Shown here: one piece after another, positions 1-9,505 of the stretch
Layout of the letters: every line of letters starts with the position of its first letter
Numbering within the stretch: position 1 is the first letter of the stretch
NCBI GenBank assembly: GCA_001766825.1
Contig: LYOR01000002.1
Span: 129,924 to 193,923, forward strand
Length of the DNA stretch: 64,000 bases
Direction: 5' to 3'
Source: Candidatus Syntropharchaeum butanivorans
GTDB lineage: Archaea > Halobacteriota > Syntropharchaeia > Syntropharchaeales > Syntropharchaeaceae
Notes under the pieces: generated by a model
Databases searched by the model: none
What the model was told of the DNA's origin: nothing
Seen by the model: only the letters and a program-made list of their open reading frames with translations
Position numbers and translations under genes: made by a program

Positions 1-3000
1 TTGACGAGAAGATAGAAGTCATTCTCATTTGGTGGTATCTTCACACTTATATCCGGGCCCATCTCTATCCCTTTTGCATTATTCCCCTCATCTGACTCTG
101 ATATATCATTCTCTGGATCACAGACGACGGTCAGATTATACACCTCATTCACAGCATCAAACGGCACAGCCCATCCCTTCACCTCACCTGCACTGAGGTT
201 TCCAAGTTTCTCATCGATCCCATACTCATACCTGTCGATGATAAAATATGCAGAACTCCAGTCAAGCCTGGTGCAGTTTCCCGTAATCCACGGGCTCCAG
301 AAATCTCTCCTGTCATAATCATATTCAAGATCCCCGACCTTGAGATAGCCATTGTATCCTTCTGTCACATTCAGCTCTTTAACATGCACCCGCATACACT
401 CCGCATCAGCCTCCTGAATGAGATAATCCTCCAGGCTCGTACCGCTCCTCTCAAGGAAATATTCGCGATCACGCAGGAAGCGTACCGTGACGTTCGAGGC
501 ATTCCCTATACCCACATTCTCGATCTTTGCAACCGTATCGGTTCCATTGTACTCAATCCCTGAGACCGTGAGATCTGGTCCATGGACCCAGAGCACCTTC
601 TCCCGCTCATTATTCTCCTCATTAACCTCATAGAGGATGTTATCCCGGTCAACAGATACATAGACCTTATAGGATGAGGTGCGGTTTCCAAGTGTGAGGT
701 TGTAAAGCTCTCCTGTGATATTACAGGATCCATTCGGGGGAAGTGTTAAATTTGTGCGGTTCAGGATGTACCTGTATCCGAGTCTATCGATCTTGAAGCC
801 GTAAACACCAACGTGATGAAATTCATCCTTCATCGTCTTTATCCTGATCTTATCATCACAGGCCCATGTCCATATATCACCCCCCTCAAAGAAGGTGAAG
901 TACCCGATCCGTCTGTCCTCTCCGTCATCAACAAATAGCGTGCGATAATGGTCGGGTTCCGCGGTGTCAATCCGCTTGAAGTGAGCGCCGATCCAGTCCG
1001 CATCCTGATAGCTCTTATTTACCTCCCATTCAAAGTACCCCTTCGGAAATTCATCTCCATGCCCTGATTCAATCGTATAATCCTCGATTAGCTCAGCCCA
1101 CATCTCTACCGTGAAGGTTGCATTCTCACATCCACTGTTTCTTATCGTTGCGCTTATCAGGACGTCATCTCCTTCAACCGGATTTGCTGGATTGAATGAT
1201 ATATCAAGAACCTCGGGGTCCCTTACCGGGGTTAGGTTCAGCACCTTCTCCATCCCATTGTTCATCTCATCGATCTCACCGACCACCCCATCAGGATCTG
1301 CAATAACCTTTACAGTTGGATTCCAGCTCACATTCCAGCTTGTATTGATATACCCTGTCGTATTTACAGGTAAATACAGGCTTGAACGGTTTACGAACCT
1401 GTACTGGTATCGGTCGATCACCGGGTTGATCCTACCATAAGGGTAATCCTGCCCGCTACCCAGCCTCTCAGCCCTGTAGATATAGATTTTATCGGTATCA
1501 AACCATGGTGTTGTGAGATCTGATGCACCGCCGTGGCATCGGCTCCAGAGTAGATGCCCATCATCATCCCTTGCTTCAACACACCCCCCATATCCAAGCG
1601 CAAGTTCATCGAGGTGAATCCTGATCCCATCACAACCTGGATGCGCTATAACGAGGGCGTATCCGGATGGTGTCAGGACCCATCCGGGTGTGATGTTTAT
1701 CCATTCACTCTCATATATTATATCAAAATCACAGGTTCCATCCCTTATTCCCTGATTTCTCACAGACGCACTGATAGTTACCCGTTCCCCATCTTCTATC
1801 GTATCATTCGCCCCTATCGCTCTCCCGTTTTTGATGAAGATGATCTCACCAACCGTAAAATCCCTGGAAGGTTCAACAGCCATCGTGGATTCTGCATAGT
1901 TGTTCTCCCTATCATTCTCAGGTATCCGCTCCTCAGGATCCACAAGGACCATGACCGTATGGTTACCTGTTGATACCGGCTGGATCATCGAGAGGTTTAT
2001 GGACTGGTTGGCATCAAGGCTCAGGCTCTCATATCGCTTAAAATTACCTGCATAGAATTCCATCCCGATACCAACCCCGCTAACTTTGTTGAAATAAACG
2101 TTTGCCTCATCTCCAAAGACAGTGATCCAGCCATCCCTGGAAGGTGCTGCAACACACACACCATCTTTATCAAAGACCATGACGTTTCCATCGATATTCC
2201 TGGAATAATATATCCTTAAGATTACACATCCTGCTCCCTCAAGGCTTCTATTTATCCAGATCCATCCAGATCCAACCGTCCCGTCTGCCTTGTTATACTC
2301 ACCCAGATCCTCGATCTCGTAGAATATAATGGCAGAGAAGTTATCTGCTCTATTCACCCCCTGATTCTCGATTCTGGCAGTTATATTCACGTCATCTCCA
2401 TCGAAAGGTTCTGTAAAGCTTATACCAGAGACATTAAGATCTGCTGCATCGACCCAGATCTCCCTTATCGCGATGTTATTCTCCTCATCTGTCTCTGTAA
2501 TCGCATCATCAGAATCTGCTATCACCTCTACTGTGTGGTTACCTGTAGCTGCCTTCCATGTGACAGAAATGTTTAACGATCTGGCTGGCGCTAAGGTTAA
2601 ATTATCCCGACTTAAAAGCGGAAAATCATCCACCAAGATCTCAAGACTGAAGTTTGATGCATCAAAGACACCGATGTTCCGGATCGTGGCTGTTATATTA
2701 ACATCTTCCCCGTGCCTGATCGCATCGGTCACAAGAGATACATCAGCCGCAAGGTCTGCCCCGCGCACAAGTATCTCTCTCCATTCAACGTTGTTTACCT
2801 CGTGCTGCTCTATGATCTCATCCTCCGGATCAAGTGCGATCCCGATAAGATGAACGCCGGCACGAGCTGTGATATTACAGGTTATATTCCTGACCTCGCC
2901 CTGAGAGAGGTTTAATTCCCCTCTCCAAACCTCATCACCCTCAAGCCATTCACACGTTGATGCACCCACCCCACCCCAGCTATGACCCTCTGCCTTCTGG

Positions 3001-5660
3001 AGCACACCCTTTATCGAATCACCCCATATCCATGGAGTCCATCCAACGAAGCTCTCGTTGTAGCTTATTACAAGGTTCCCCCTCTTATCATAGATGCGGA
3101 GTGTAGAATTATCATGAAGCTCGGAAGATATGTAGAGCCTTATCGCTACCGCACCATCTTTCTCCATCACCTCGCTATCCATGCTCCATTCAGGATCGTA
3201 CCAGCCACGAAACATGGAAAGATATGCTCCGTTCTCGGATCTCTTTCTGCAATCATAAACCGCTAAGTTCGCATTATAAACCCCCATATCCCCCCTATTC
3301 TCAATCGTTGCGTTGATCTGGATCGTATCTCCTGCATCAACCCTGGATGGAACGGTCAGATTATCCACAGCAAGATCAGATGCGTTTATGTAGATCCACT
3401 CGGTGAGTTCATTATTGCTCTCATCACGCTCGAATACCCTGTTATCAAAATCAGCCTTAACGGTTAAACGATGCCCACCTCCAGCATCAACCCTCCATGG
3501 AATCTCCACGACCTCTGTATCATCTGCATCGATTAAGATCGTGGTATTGTTGAGTGGCAGATCATACCCATCAAGAAATAGACCCAGATCAACCAGTCCC
3601 CCTCTCACACCCTGATTTTTCACTGTTATCCTGAAGACTGCATCCTCTCCTACTCCAAGAGGAGGAATCGTTACGTTTTCTACATGAAAATCCCTGGAAG
3701 GATTCACGGTGACAGATCTCATTATCTCATTATTCGTGAGATCGGACTCGGGGTTATCACCCGGGTCAATCAAAACCCTTATCGTATGGTTCAGGCTATG
3801 TTTCTCACCATCCCATGTTCTCGCGTTCCAGGTGGCATTGACGATAATGCTATGATTCGCATCAAGCCCGGTGATGTTCTGGATATGGAAGGGTTCAGCC
3901 CCTGAATCATTGAAGAAGAGCACAGAGAAAGCATCTGCATCTTTTATTCCTAAATTCGCTATTCTGGTTGTGATCTTCAATGCATCAGAATCCCATACCT
4001 CACCCTCCATCAGGATTTCATCCACAGCAAGATCCGTGCCCCCCGTGATGAGACCCCTCCCAATCGTCCGGTTATTTACCTCAGCCCAGATCGTGTGCTC
4101 ACCCCTTTCTGTCTTCCATCTGATCGTTGTACCCTCGATCATGCCCGGGAGGACGGAGATTCTCTTCTCGGCGAGAGGTGTTCTGTATCCCAGCGTGATT
4201 CCATCATATCGCTTCCATCGGATCATGATATTCTCCCCTTCATACCATCCTGTCCATAGATCCTCAAGCCTCCCGCTATACTCCTCTACCAATCTCCCCT
4301 CTCCATCATAGACCCTGAGATAGTCCCCCGGATAGTACTGGCTCACATTTGCACTCTCGATATGAACCTGAATCGCAGATGCACCTGGAGATGATACGTT
4401 AATCACACCGATACTGGCACATGGGGCATAATGACTGCTATTCTTCCCTAAATAAAACCAGACAGTGCAGTTTTCACTCCTGTTTCCAGTATTCTTAACC
4501 ATGGCGGTTATATTCACCTCCTCACCAACCTCTGGATGTGCTGGTAGCATGGTGAGGTTGAGAAGATCAAGATCCGATGAGAGTTTAACCTTTATCGCTC
4601 TGGAAAGGGAGTTGTTCATCTCATCACACTCCGGGATATCATTATCAGGATCAAGCTCAACCGTTATTGTGTGGGTTGCACCTCTATTGAAGAAGTTCGT
4701 CCATGCACCCCACGCCGCAGAAGCATATCCTGTGCCATTGATGGTGACATTCTTTCGCTCAAAGGGGATACCATCGACCCTGAACTCAACGGCAACATCC
4801 CCTTTTCCATCCGCACCCCCTTCTGTGCATCTTATCGTTGCATTTACAAGAACATTCTCTCCTTCCAGGGGGTCTTCAGGTACAAAGCTTATATCTGTAA
4901 CCGCAAAGTCGAGCGCCCCCTTAACATGTATTCCTTCTGTCAATTCGTTGTTATCCTCGTTTATCTCCTCTACAGCATCATCCGGGTCAGCAATCACGGT
5001 TATATTGTGCTTACCCCGCATCACCTCAATGCTGAGTGTCTCATTCTGAATTTGAAGAGGTGTTGCGTTCCAGGTGACCGTGATAGGCATCGTCTCGTTC
5101 GCGTCAAGGGATATGTTCTCATCTGCGATCACAGCCTCATACCGTGTGTTCCAGTATGCAACATAACCGGACGTCGACCCAACAAAAGCGTGCACCCTGA
5201 TCGTATCCCCCTCAACCCATCTGCTCCAGGTATCAGACGGATTGGTTTCATCGATCCTCTCAACGAGGTTGCCTTTTCCATCGTAGATTTCAATGTAGGA
5301 ATATGTGCCTATGGATATACCATTCTCGAAAAATATTCTTATTCTACGAGCACCCGGATAGATGAAGGTGTCATCTGAGGTTGAACCATAGCCTGTAAGA
5401 TATCTCCACCCCCATACCTCTGAGATATTCTTCTCATCCCGAAACTCGAGATCGCAGGATGCGCTTCCATTCCCGATATTTGAGATATAAGCAGTTATCC
5501 TGTTTGTGTGATTTTCCATCGGATATGGCGGATCAAACACGATATCTGTTACTGTGAGATCGGCTCTTTCGGTCAGGCTCTCTCCAAATGCAACTCCAGT
5601 ATTTGCCATCTGAAGCGAGAGAGATAAAACCATCCAGAGTGCAAGTAGCTTGAGGTTCAT
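1..5660 (-). CDS. Very large secreted cell-surface protein with multiple CARDB-like repeats (N-terminal >1880 aa; ORF continues past the left edge)
   Basis: The minus frame is open from ATG at 5660-5658 to position 1. I hand-translated both ends. It is not in the ORF track because its stop is outside the window. The N-terminus MNLKLLALWMVLSLSLQMANTGVAFG looks like a signal peptide. CARDB-type end motifs recur, e.g. VIADPDDAVEEINEDNNEL (~4940-5000), VELDPDNDIPECDEMNN (~4600-4660), EVIADSDDAITETDEENNIA (~2461-2530) and VDPEERIPENDRENNYA (~1890-1940). The listed + strand ORFs here are low-complexity antisense shadows. Confidence 0.8.
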   Translation of the reverse strand, partial: MNLKLLALWMVLSLSLQMANTGVAFGESLTERADLTVTDIVFDPPYPMENHTNRITAYISNIGNGSASCDLEFRDEKNISEVWGWRYLTGYGSTSDDTFIYPGARRIRIFFENGISIGTYSYIEIYDGKGNLVERIDETNPSDTWSRWVEGDTIRVHAFVGSTSGYVAYWNTRYEAVIADENISLDANETMPITVTWNATPLQIQNETLSIEVMRGKHNITVIADPDDAVEEINEDNNELTEGIHVKGALDFAVTDISFVPEDPLEGENVLVNATIRCTEGGADGKGDVAVEFRVDGIPFERKNVTINGTGYASAAWGAWTNFFNRGATHTITVELDPDNDIPECDEMNNSLSRAIKVKLSSDLDLLNLTMLPAHPEVGEEVNITAMVKNTGNRSENCTVWFYLGKNSSHYAPCASIGVINVSSPGASAIQVHIESANVSQYYPGDYLRVYDGEGRLVEEYSGRLEDLWTGWYEGENIMIRWKRYDGITLGYRTPLAEKRISVLPGMIEGTTIRWKTERGEHTIWAEVNNRTIGRGLITGGTDLAVDEILMEGEVWDSDALKITTRIANLGIKDADAFSVLFFNDSGAEPFHIQNITGLDANHSIIVNATWNARTWDGEKHSLNHTIRVLIDPGDNPESDLTNNEIMRSVTVNPSRDFHVENVTIPPLGVGEDAVFRITVKNQGVRGGLVDLGLFLDGYDLPLNNTTILIDADDTEVVEIPWRVDAGGGHRLTVKADFDNRVFERDESNNELTEWIYINASDLAVDNLTVPSRVDAGDTIQINATIENRGDMGVYNANLAVYDCRKRSENGAYLSMFRGWYDPEWSMDSEVMEKDGAVAIRLYISSELHDNSTLRIYDKRGNLVISYNESFVGWTPWIWGDSIKGVLQKAEGHSWGGVGASTCEWLEGDEVWRGELNLSQGEVRNITCNITARAGVHLIGIALDPEDEIIEQHEVNNVEWREILVRGADLAADVSLVTDAIRHGEDVNITATIRNIGVFDASNFSLEILVDDFPLLSRDNLTLAPARSLNISVTWKAATGNHTVEVIADSDDAITETDEENNIAIREIWVDAADLNVSGISFTEPFDGDDVNITARIENQGVNRADNFSAIIFYEIEDLGEYNKADGTVGSGWIWINRSLEGAGCVILRIYYSRNIDGNVMVFDKDGVCVAAPSRDGWITVFGDEANVYFNKVSGVGIGMEFYAGNFKRYESLSLDANQSINLSMIQPVSTGNHTVMVLVDPEERIPENDRENNYAESTMAVEPSRDFTVGEIIFIKNGRAIGANDTIEDGERVTISASVRNQGIRDGTCDFDIIYESEWINITPGWVLTPSGYALVIAHPGCDGIRIHLDELALGYGGCVEARDDDGHLLWSRCHGGASDLTTPWFDTDKIYIYRAERLGSGQDYPYGRINPVIDRYQYRFVNRSSLYLPVNTTGYINTSWNVSWNPTVKVIADPDGVVGEIDEMNNGMEKVLNLTPVRDPEVLDISFNPANPVEGDDVLISATIRNSGCENATFTVEMWAELIEDYTIESGHGDEFPKGYFEWEVNKSYQDADWIGAHFKRIDTAEPDHYRTLFVDDGEDRRIGYFTFFEGGDIWTWACDDKIRIKTMKDEFHHVGVYGFKIDRLGYRYILNRTNLTLPPNGSCNITGELYNLTLGNRTSSYKVYVSVDRDNILYEVNEENNEREKVLWVHGPDLTVSGIEYNGTDTVAKIENVGIGNASNVTVRFLRDREYFLERSGTSLEDYLIQEADAECMRVHVKELNVTEGYNGYLKVGDLEYDYDRRDFWSPWITGNCTRLDWSSAYFIIDRYEYGIDEKLGNLSAGEVKGWAVPFDAVNEVYNLTVVCDPENDISESDEGNNAKGIEMGPDISVKIPPNENDFYLLV

Positions 5661-5779
5661 TTTGCATCGTAATACGAAATAAGTTATATTTAAAATTTTA
5701 GATTTTTAAAACCAAAAAACTTATTACTAAAGAATATTAAAATTGGACATCTGACGAATTATAAAGAATGAGGTGAGAG
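5661..5779. promoter_or_regulatory. AT-rich divergent intergenic region with TATA-like boxes
   Basis: A 119-bp gap between divergently oriented genes is strongly A/T-rich (aagttatatttaaaattttagatttttaaaacc...). A GAGGTGA Shine-Dalgarno-like motif sits just before ATG 5780. Confidence 0.4.
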
Positions 5780-6331
5780 ATGGCTGGAAAAGATAAAAAA
5801 TGGATTAGAGGTATAGCGATAATAATATTACTTATTGGATCTGTATTGCCCGCATCAGGTGTAGACATCTCCCGAACGCTCTCGACAACAGCGCCACTTC
5901 CGGGCGAAGAGGTTGATGTCGTACTTCTTATCGATGGGATTGAGATAGGAGGAATCGTTGAGACGATACCGGAGGGGTTTGTATTTCTTGGTACAGCACA
6001 CCCCCAGGATCAGGTAAACGTATCAGGAAACAGGATTATCTTTTCTGTTATAAACGAGAGCAGGATAGAGTACAAGGTAAGAGCACCAGCACAGGGATCT
6101 GGGACCTTCAGCGGTGTGTGGATTGATGCCCTAAATAAGACAGAGGGAGTGATAGGGGATACAGTGGTTTCTGTGAGAGGAAGTGCACCCACTCAGGAAG
6201 CCACATCTGCAAAAACGACTGCACCGACCCCATCCAAAACATCAACACCAGAAACCGGGGGATTTATGATATCATCAACGATCCTTGCGTTTCTGACTGT
6301 GTACATTTTGGTAAGAGTAAGAGAGGTATAA
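5780..6331 (+). CDS. Small secreted Ig-like protein with Thr/Ser/Pro linker and C-terminal PGF-CTERM-like membrane anchor
   Basis: It has an N-terminal signal/TM segment (IRGIAIIILLIGSVLPASG). The C-terminus is APTQEATSAKTTAPTPSKTSTPE-TGGF-MISSTILAFLTVYILV-RVR. That is a T/S/P linker, a GF motif, a TM helix and a basic tail, as in archaeosortase-type sorting signals. An SD precedes the ATG. Confidence 0.6.
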   Translation: MAGKDKKWIRGIAIIILLIGSVLPASGVDISRTLSTTAPLPGEEVDVVLLIDGIEIGGIVETIPEGFVFLGTAHPQDQVNVSGNRIIFSVINESRIEYKVRAPAQGSGTFSGVWIDALNKTEGVIGDTVVSVRGSAPTQEATSAKTTAPTPSKTSTPETGGFMISSTILAFLTVYILVRVREV

Positions 6332-6333
6332 CC

Positions 6334-7116
6334 ATGAAGATCCTGATATGTGGTAAGGGCGGCAGTGGAAAGAGCACAATAGCTGCATTGCTCGCAAAAT
6401 CAATGGCAAAGAGGGGATATCAGGTTCTTGTAATGGACAGTGACGAGTCGAACTTTGGATTGCATCGCCAGTTGGGCGTGAAGCTGCCGGAGGGCTTCAT
6501 GAACTACTTTGGCGGAAAAAAGACGATGATTGAGAGGATGTTTGCATCGATGCAGAAGGGTGAAGGAGGCACGGTTAAAATCTTTGATAAAAGGTGGACG
6601 TTCAGTGATATTCCAGAGGAATACTTGATGGAAAAGAATGGAATAAAACTGCTTGCTATCGGGAAAATTCATGATTTCAGAGAGGGATGTGCCTGCCCGA
6701 TGGGTGCACTCTCGCGTGAGTTTCTCAAAAACCTTGAGCTTGAAGATGATGAGGTTGTGATCGTTGACACCGATGCCGGGATCGAGCATTTTGGGAGGGG
6801 TGTGGAGGATGGGTGTGACCTGATCATCGCTGTTGTGGATCCATCCTATGAATCGCTTATGCTCTCAAAGAAAATCAACGAATTAGGGGATAGCATTGAA
6901 AAACCCGTTTATTTCGTGCTCAACAAAGTTGACAATGAAAGTAAGCGAGTTATGCTTGCATCTCTGGAGAAAAACAAAATTGCGGGGATTATTCCTGCGA
7001 ATGATGAGGTTTTCAAGGCTTGCTTGGCCGGGGATGAGCTTGATTTAGAGTTGGTAGAGATCGAAGAACTTACTGAGTTTTTAGAAGGTGTTAAAAATGA
7101 TATTAGAGCCAAATAA
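6334..7116 (+). CDS. CooC-family (SIMIBI/MinD-type) P-loop NTPase, putative metallochaperone
   Basis: P-loop GKGGSGKST. It carries a CxC motif (EGCACPMG) and DTDAGIEHFGRG, both shared with the bona fide CooC at 46492-47244. It starts 2 nt after the upstream stop. Confidence 0.75.
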   Translation: MKILICGKGGSGKSTIAALLAKSMAKRGYQVLVMDSDESNFGLHRQLGVKLPEGFMNYFGGKKTMIERMFASMQKGEGGTVKIFDKRWTFSDIPEEYLMEKNGIKLLAIGKIHDFREGCACPMGALSREFLKNLELEDDEVVIVDTDAGIEHFGRGVEDGCDLIIAVVDPSYESLMLSKKINELGDSIEKPVYFVLNKVDNESKRVMLASLEKNKIAGIIPANDEVFKACLAGDELDLELVEIEELTEFLEGVKNDIRAK

Positions 7117-7179
7117 AAGGGAACAGGTTAAAAGGGGTAATCGGAAATACGCTGAGATGTTTATAAGGGGGTGTAAAGA

Positions 7180-8370
7180 ATGAGAAAGGTACTGATGCTC
7201 GTTTTCATCATCCTGATCGTATCGATCGTATCGGCAATTCCAGCAACGGCTCGTGAGATTCCCTTTGATACCAACGGAGACAGGATCATCTCAAAGGCAG
7301 AGCTATCAGGTGCGATCATATCCTATCTCAGGGCAGAATATCTTGGTGAAACCCTTGAAGCTCCGGATATCGATGGATTGAAGGAGATCGCATGGACATA
7401 CCTCCACTATCCCCGTACAGTCATGGACAGTGCTGGAAGAAATGTTACGGTCTATGCACCTGTTAAGCGGATCGTTGTTCTCAATGGTGACTGTGCAGAA
7501 GCTGTCAAGATACTTGGAGCAGATGAGAGGATCGTCGGGGTTGTGAAAGGCATAAAAACGAAGAAAGGGTATTACTTTCCAGAGCTGAATACCACACCAT
7601 CTGTTGGTAAATGGAATCGGCCAGATATAGAAGCAATCGTATCGCTTGATCCTGATCTTGTGATCGGCTATGTGAAATGGCCTGGCGCAGAGCTCGATGA
7701 GAAACTCGAAAAATTTGATATCCCCACTCTGAGGCTTGACTTTACAAATCAGAGGAAGTTGAAGGAGGAGGTTGAGAAACTGGGGTATCTCCTCGAGGAG
7801 GAGGAAAAAGCTGAGGAGTATATTGGATGGTATAGAGGATATGAAGAAGTTGTGAAGGAATTTGTTGAGAAACAGGATAAGAGACCCAGGGTCTTTCTTG
7901 AGCAGTCAAAAGATGTGGCAGATCTCAACGAGATAGGGACGTACGGTCCTGGTTCTGCATCAGATGAGTTATGCATGCTTGCAGGAGGAATCAATATCGC
8001 TCACAACCTATCAACAACCTTTCCACATGTTGAGGCAGAATGGGTACTCAAAGAGCATCCTGATATTGTTATAAAGCACAGGTATGTGGGCTGGGGCTGG
8101 AACAATACCGATGAACCCCGGGGGATCAAAGATGAGATCTTGAGCCGTCCCGGATGGAAAGACGTAATAGGTGAGGAAAACGTCTATGTCACAAGTTGTG
8201 AACCCCTCTATGGGCTGGATTCGGTGGTTGGACTCATATACTGGACAAAGATATTCCATCCAGCCTTTGATCTTGATCCAGAGGGTGTTTACAGGGAGTA
8301 CCTCGAGCGCTTCCTGGGCATAGAATATCCGGAAGGTCTGGTGGTCGTCTATCCACCTGTGGGGAGCTAA
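7180..8370 (+). CDS. ABC transporter substrate-binding protein, FecB/BtuF (siderophore/corrinoid) type, with N-terminal EF-hand-like extension
   Basis: Signal peptide is present. The core motif VKRIVVLNGDCAEAVKILGADERIVGV is typical of periplasmic binding protein class 8. The N-terminal DTNGDRIISKAE fits a DxNxDxxxxxxE Ca-loop. Confidence 0.75.
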   Translation: MRKVLMLVFIILIVSIVSAIPATAREIPFDTNGDRIISKAELSGAIISYLRAEYLGETLEAPDIDGLKEIAWTYLHYPRTVMDSAGRNVTVYAPVKRIVVLNGDCAEAVKILGADERIVGVVKGIKTKKGYYFPELNTTPSVGKWNRPDIEAIVSLDPDLVIGYVKWPGAELDEKLEKFDIPTLRLDFTNQRKLKEEVEKLGYLLEEEEKAEEYIGWYRGYEEVVKEFVEKQDKRPRVFLEQSKDVADLNEIGTYGPGSASDELCMLAGGINIAHNLSTTFPHVEAEWVLKEHPDIVIKHRYVGWGWNNTDEPRGIKDEILSRPGWKDVIGEENVYVTSCEPLYGLDSVVGLIYWTKIFHPAFDLDPEGVYREYLERFLGIEYPEGLVVVYPPVGS

Positions 8371-8395
8371 CCCCATCTTCTCTCGGTATTTGTTG

Positions 8396-9505
8396 ATGTC
8401 ACCAGAAACCATACCCAAAAAAGAAGCAGTAAAGGAAGAATACCGCAGGTTCATCAAAAAGAGAGCCGTATTCATAATTGCTCTCCTCATAATCACCCCC
8501 CTTCTCATAGGCTACTCTGCAACCCTTGGATCTGCAGACATCTCAGTAAAGGCTGCGTATGATGCGATTCTCCATAAGTTCTTCCCTGATCATTTCAATC
8601 CGGCTCCAACCTCGAAGCTTGATTCAGGTCAGATCGTAACAATTCTCTGGACACTGAGACTTCCCCGCATCGTTCTTGGGATCGTGGCAGGATGTGGACT
8701 TGCGATAGCAGGCGCGGTGATGCAGGCGATACTGAAGAACCCCCTGGCATCCCCATACACACTGGGTATCGCATCAGCTGCATCCTTTGGTGCATCACTT
8801 GCGATAATACTTGGGGTGGGGGTGGTTGGAGGGGAGCATCTCATCATCGCAAACGCCTTCGTATTCTCGATGATCGCAGCATCGCTCATCTATCTACTCT
8901 CAATAAGAAAGACGTCCCCTGAGACGATGGTGCTTGCAGGGATTGCGATCATGTACCTGTTTTCCGCGATGACATCGCTTCTCCAGTATGTGGGCGAGGC
9001 AGAGGAGGTTCAGGAGGTTGTTTACTGGATGTTTGGGTCACTTGGGAGGGCAAAGTGGAGCTCTGAGTTTCCATATGGAAATATAGGGATTGTTGGGATG
9101 ATACTTCTGATCACGATCCCCTATCTACTTTCAAAGTCATGGGACCTCAATGCGATGGGAAGCGGGGATGAGGCTGCTAAGAGCCTTGGTGTAAAGGTTG
9201 AACAGGTCAGGATCTCCTGCATGTTTGTTGCATCGCTTATAACAGCCTCGATCATATGCTTCACCGGCACAATCGGCTTCATAGGACTTGTCTGTCCACA
9301 TATCACAAGGATGGTGATCGGATCTGATCACAGGTTCCTTCTGCCCGGGACATGTCTGACCGGTGCGGTGCTTCTTCTTGCCGCAGATACACTTGCAAGA
9401 ACGATTGTTGCTCCGGTGATACTCCCTGTTGGAATCGTGACCGCTTTTATGGGTGTTCCATTGTTTGTGTATCTTTTGATGAGACAGAGGGGTGGTTACT
9501 GGTGA
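8396..9505 (+). CDS. ABC transporter permease, FecCD/BtuC family
   Basis: LRLPRIVLGIVAGCGLAIAGAVMQAILKNPLASPYTLGI is a FecCD signature, and the protein is polytopic. I chose the ATG at 8396; the track starts at TTG 8390. Confidence 0.85.
   Translation: MSPETIPKKEAVKEEYRRFIKKRAVFIIALLIITPLLIGYSATLGSADISVKAAYDAILHKFFPDHFNPAPTSKLDSGQIVTILWTLRLPRIVLGIVAGCGLAIAGAVMQAILKNPLASPYTLGIASAASFGASLAIILGVGVVGGEHLIIANAFVFSMIAASLIYLLSIRKTSPETMVLAGIAIMYLFSAMTSLLQYVGEAEEVQEVVYWMFGSLGRAKWSSEFPYGNIGIVGMILLITIPYLLSKSWDLNAMGSGDEAAKSLGVKVEQVRISCMFVASLITASIICFTGTIGFIGLVCPHITRMVIGSDHRFLLPGTCLTGAVLLLAADTLARTIVAPVILPVGIVTAFMGVPLFVYLLMRQRGGYW

Noticed and set aside
1111-5378. Many + strand track ORFs (e.g. 2473-2853, 3871-4311, 4465-5049, 4671-5378) with Ser/Pro/Ile-rich low-complexity translations.
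   Set aside because: They lie antisense to the single long minus-strand CARDB-repeat ORF, which has a signal peptide and recurring domain motifs. They are shadow ORFs.
8011-8508. 165-aa minus-strand ORF spanning the SBP/permease junction.
   Set aside because: It is antisense to two well-supported transporter genes and has no motifs.
9352-9501. N-terminal extension of the ABC ATPase ORF in the track (MSDRCGASSCRRYTC...).
   Set aside because: It overlaps the permease coding region in another frame and is Cys/Arg-rich nonsense. The conserved ATPase begins at GTG 9502. The same logic applies to 26860-26958 upstream of FEN-1 and 55322-55405 upstream of livG.
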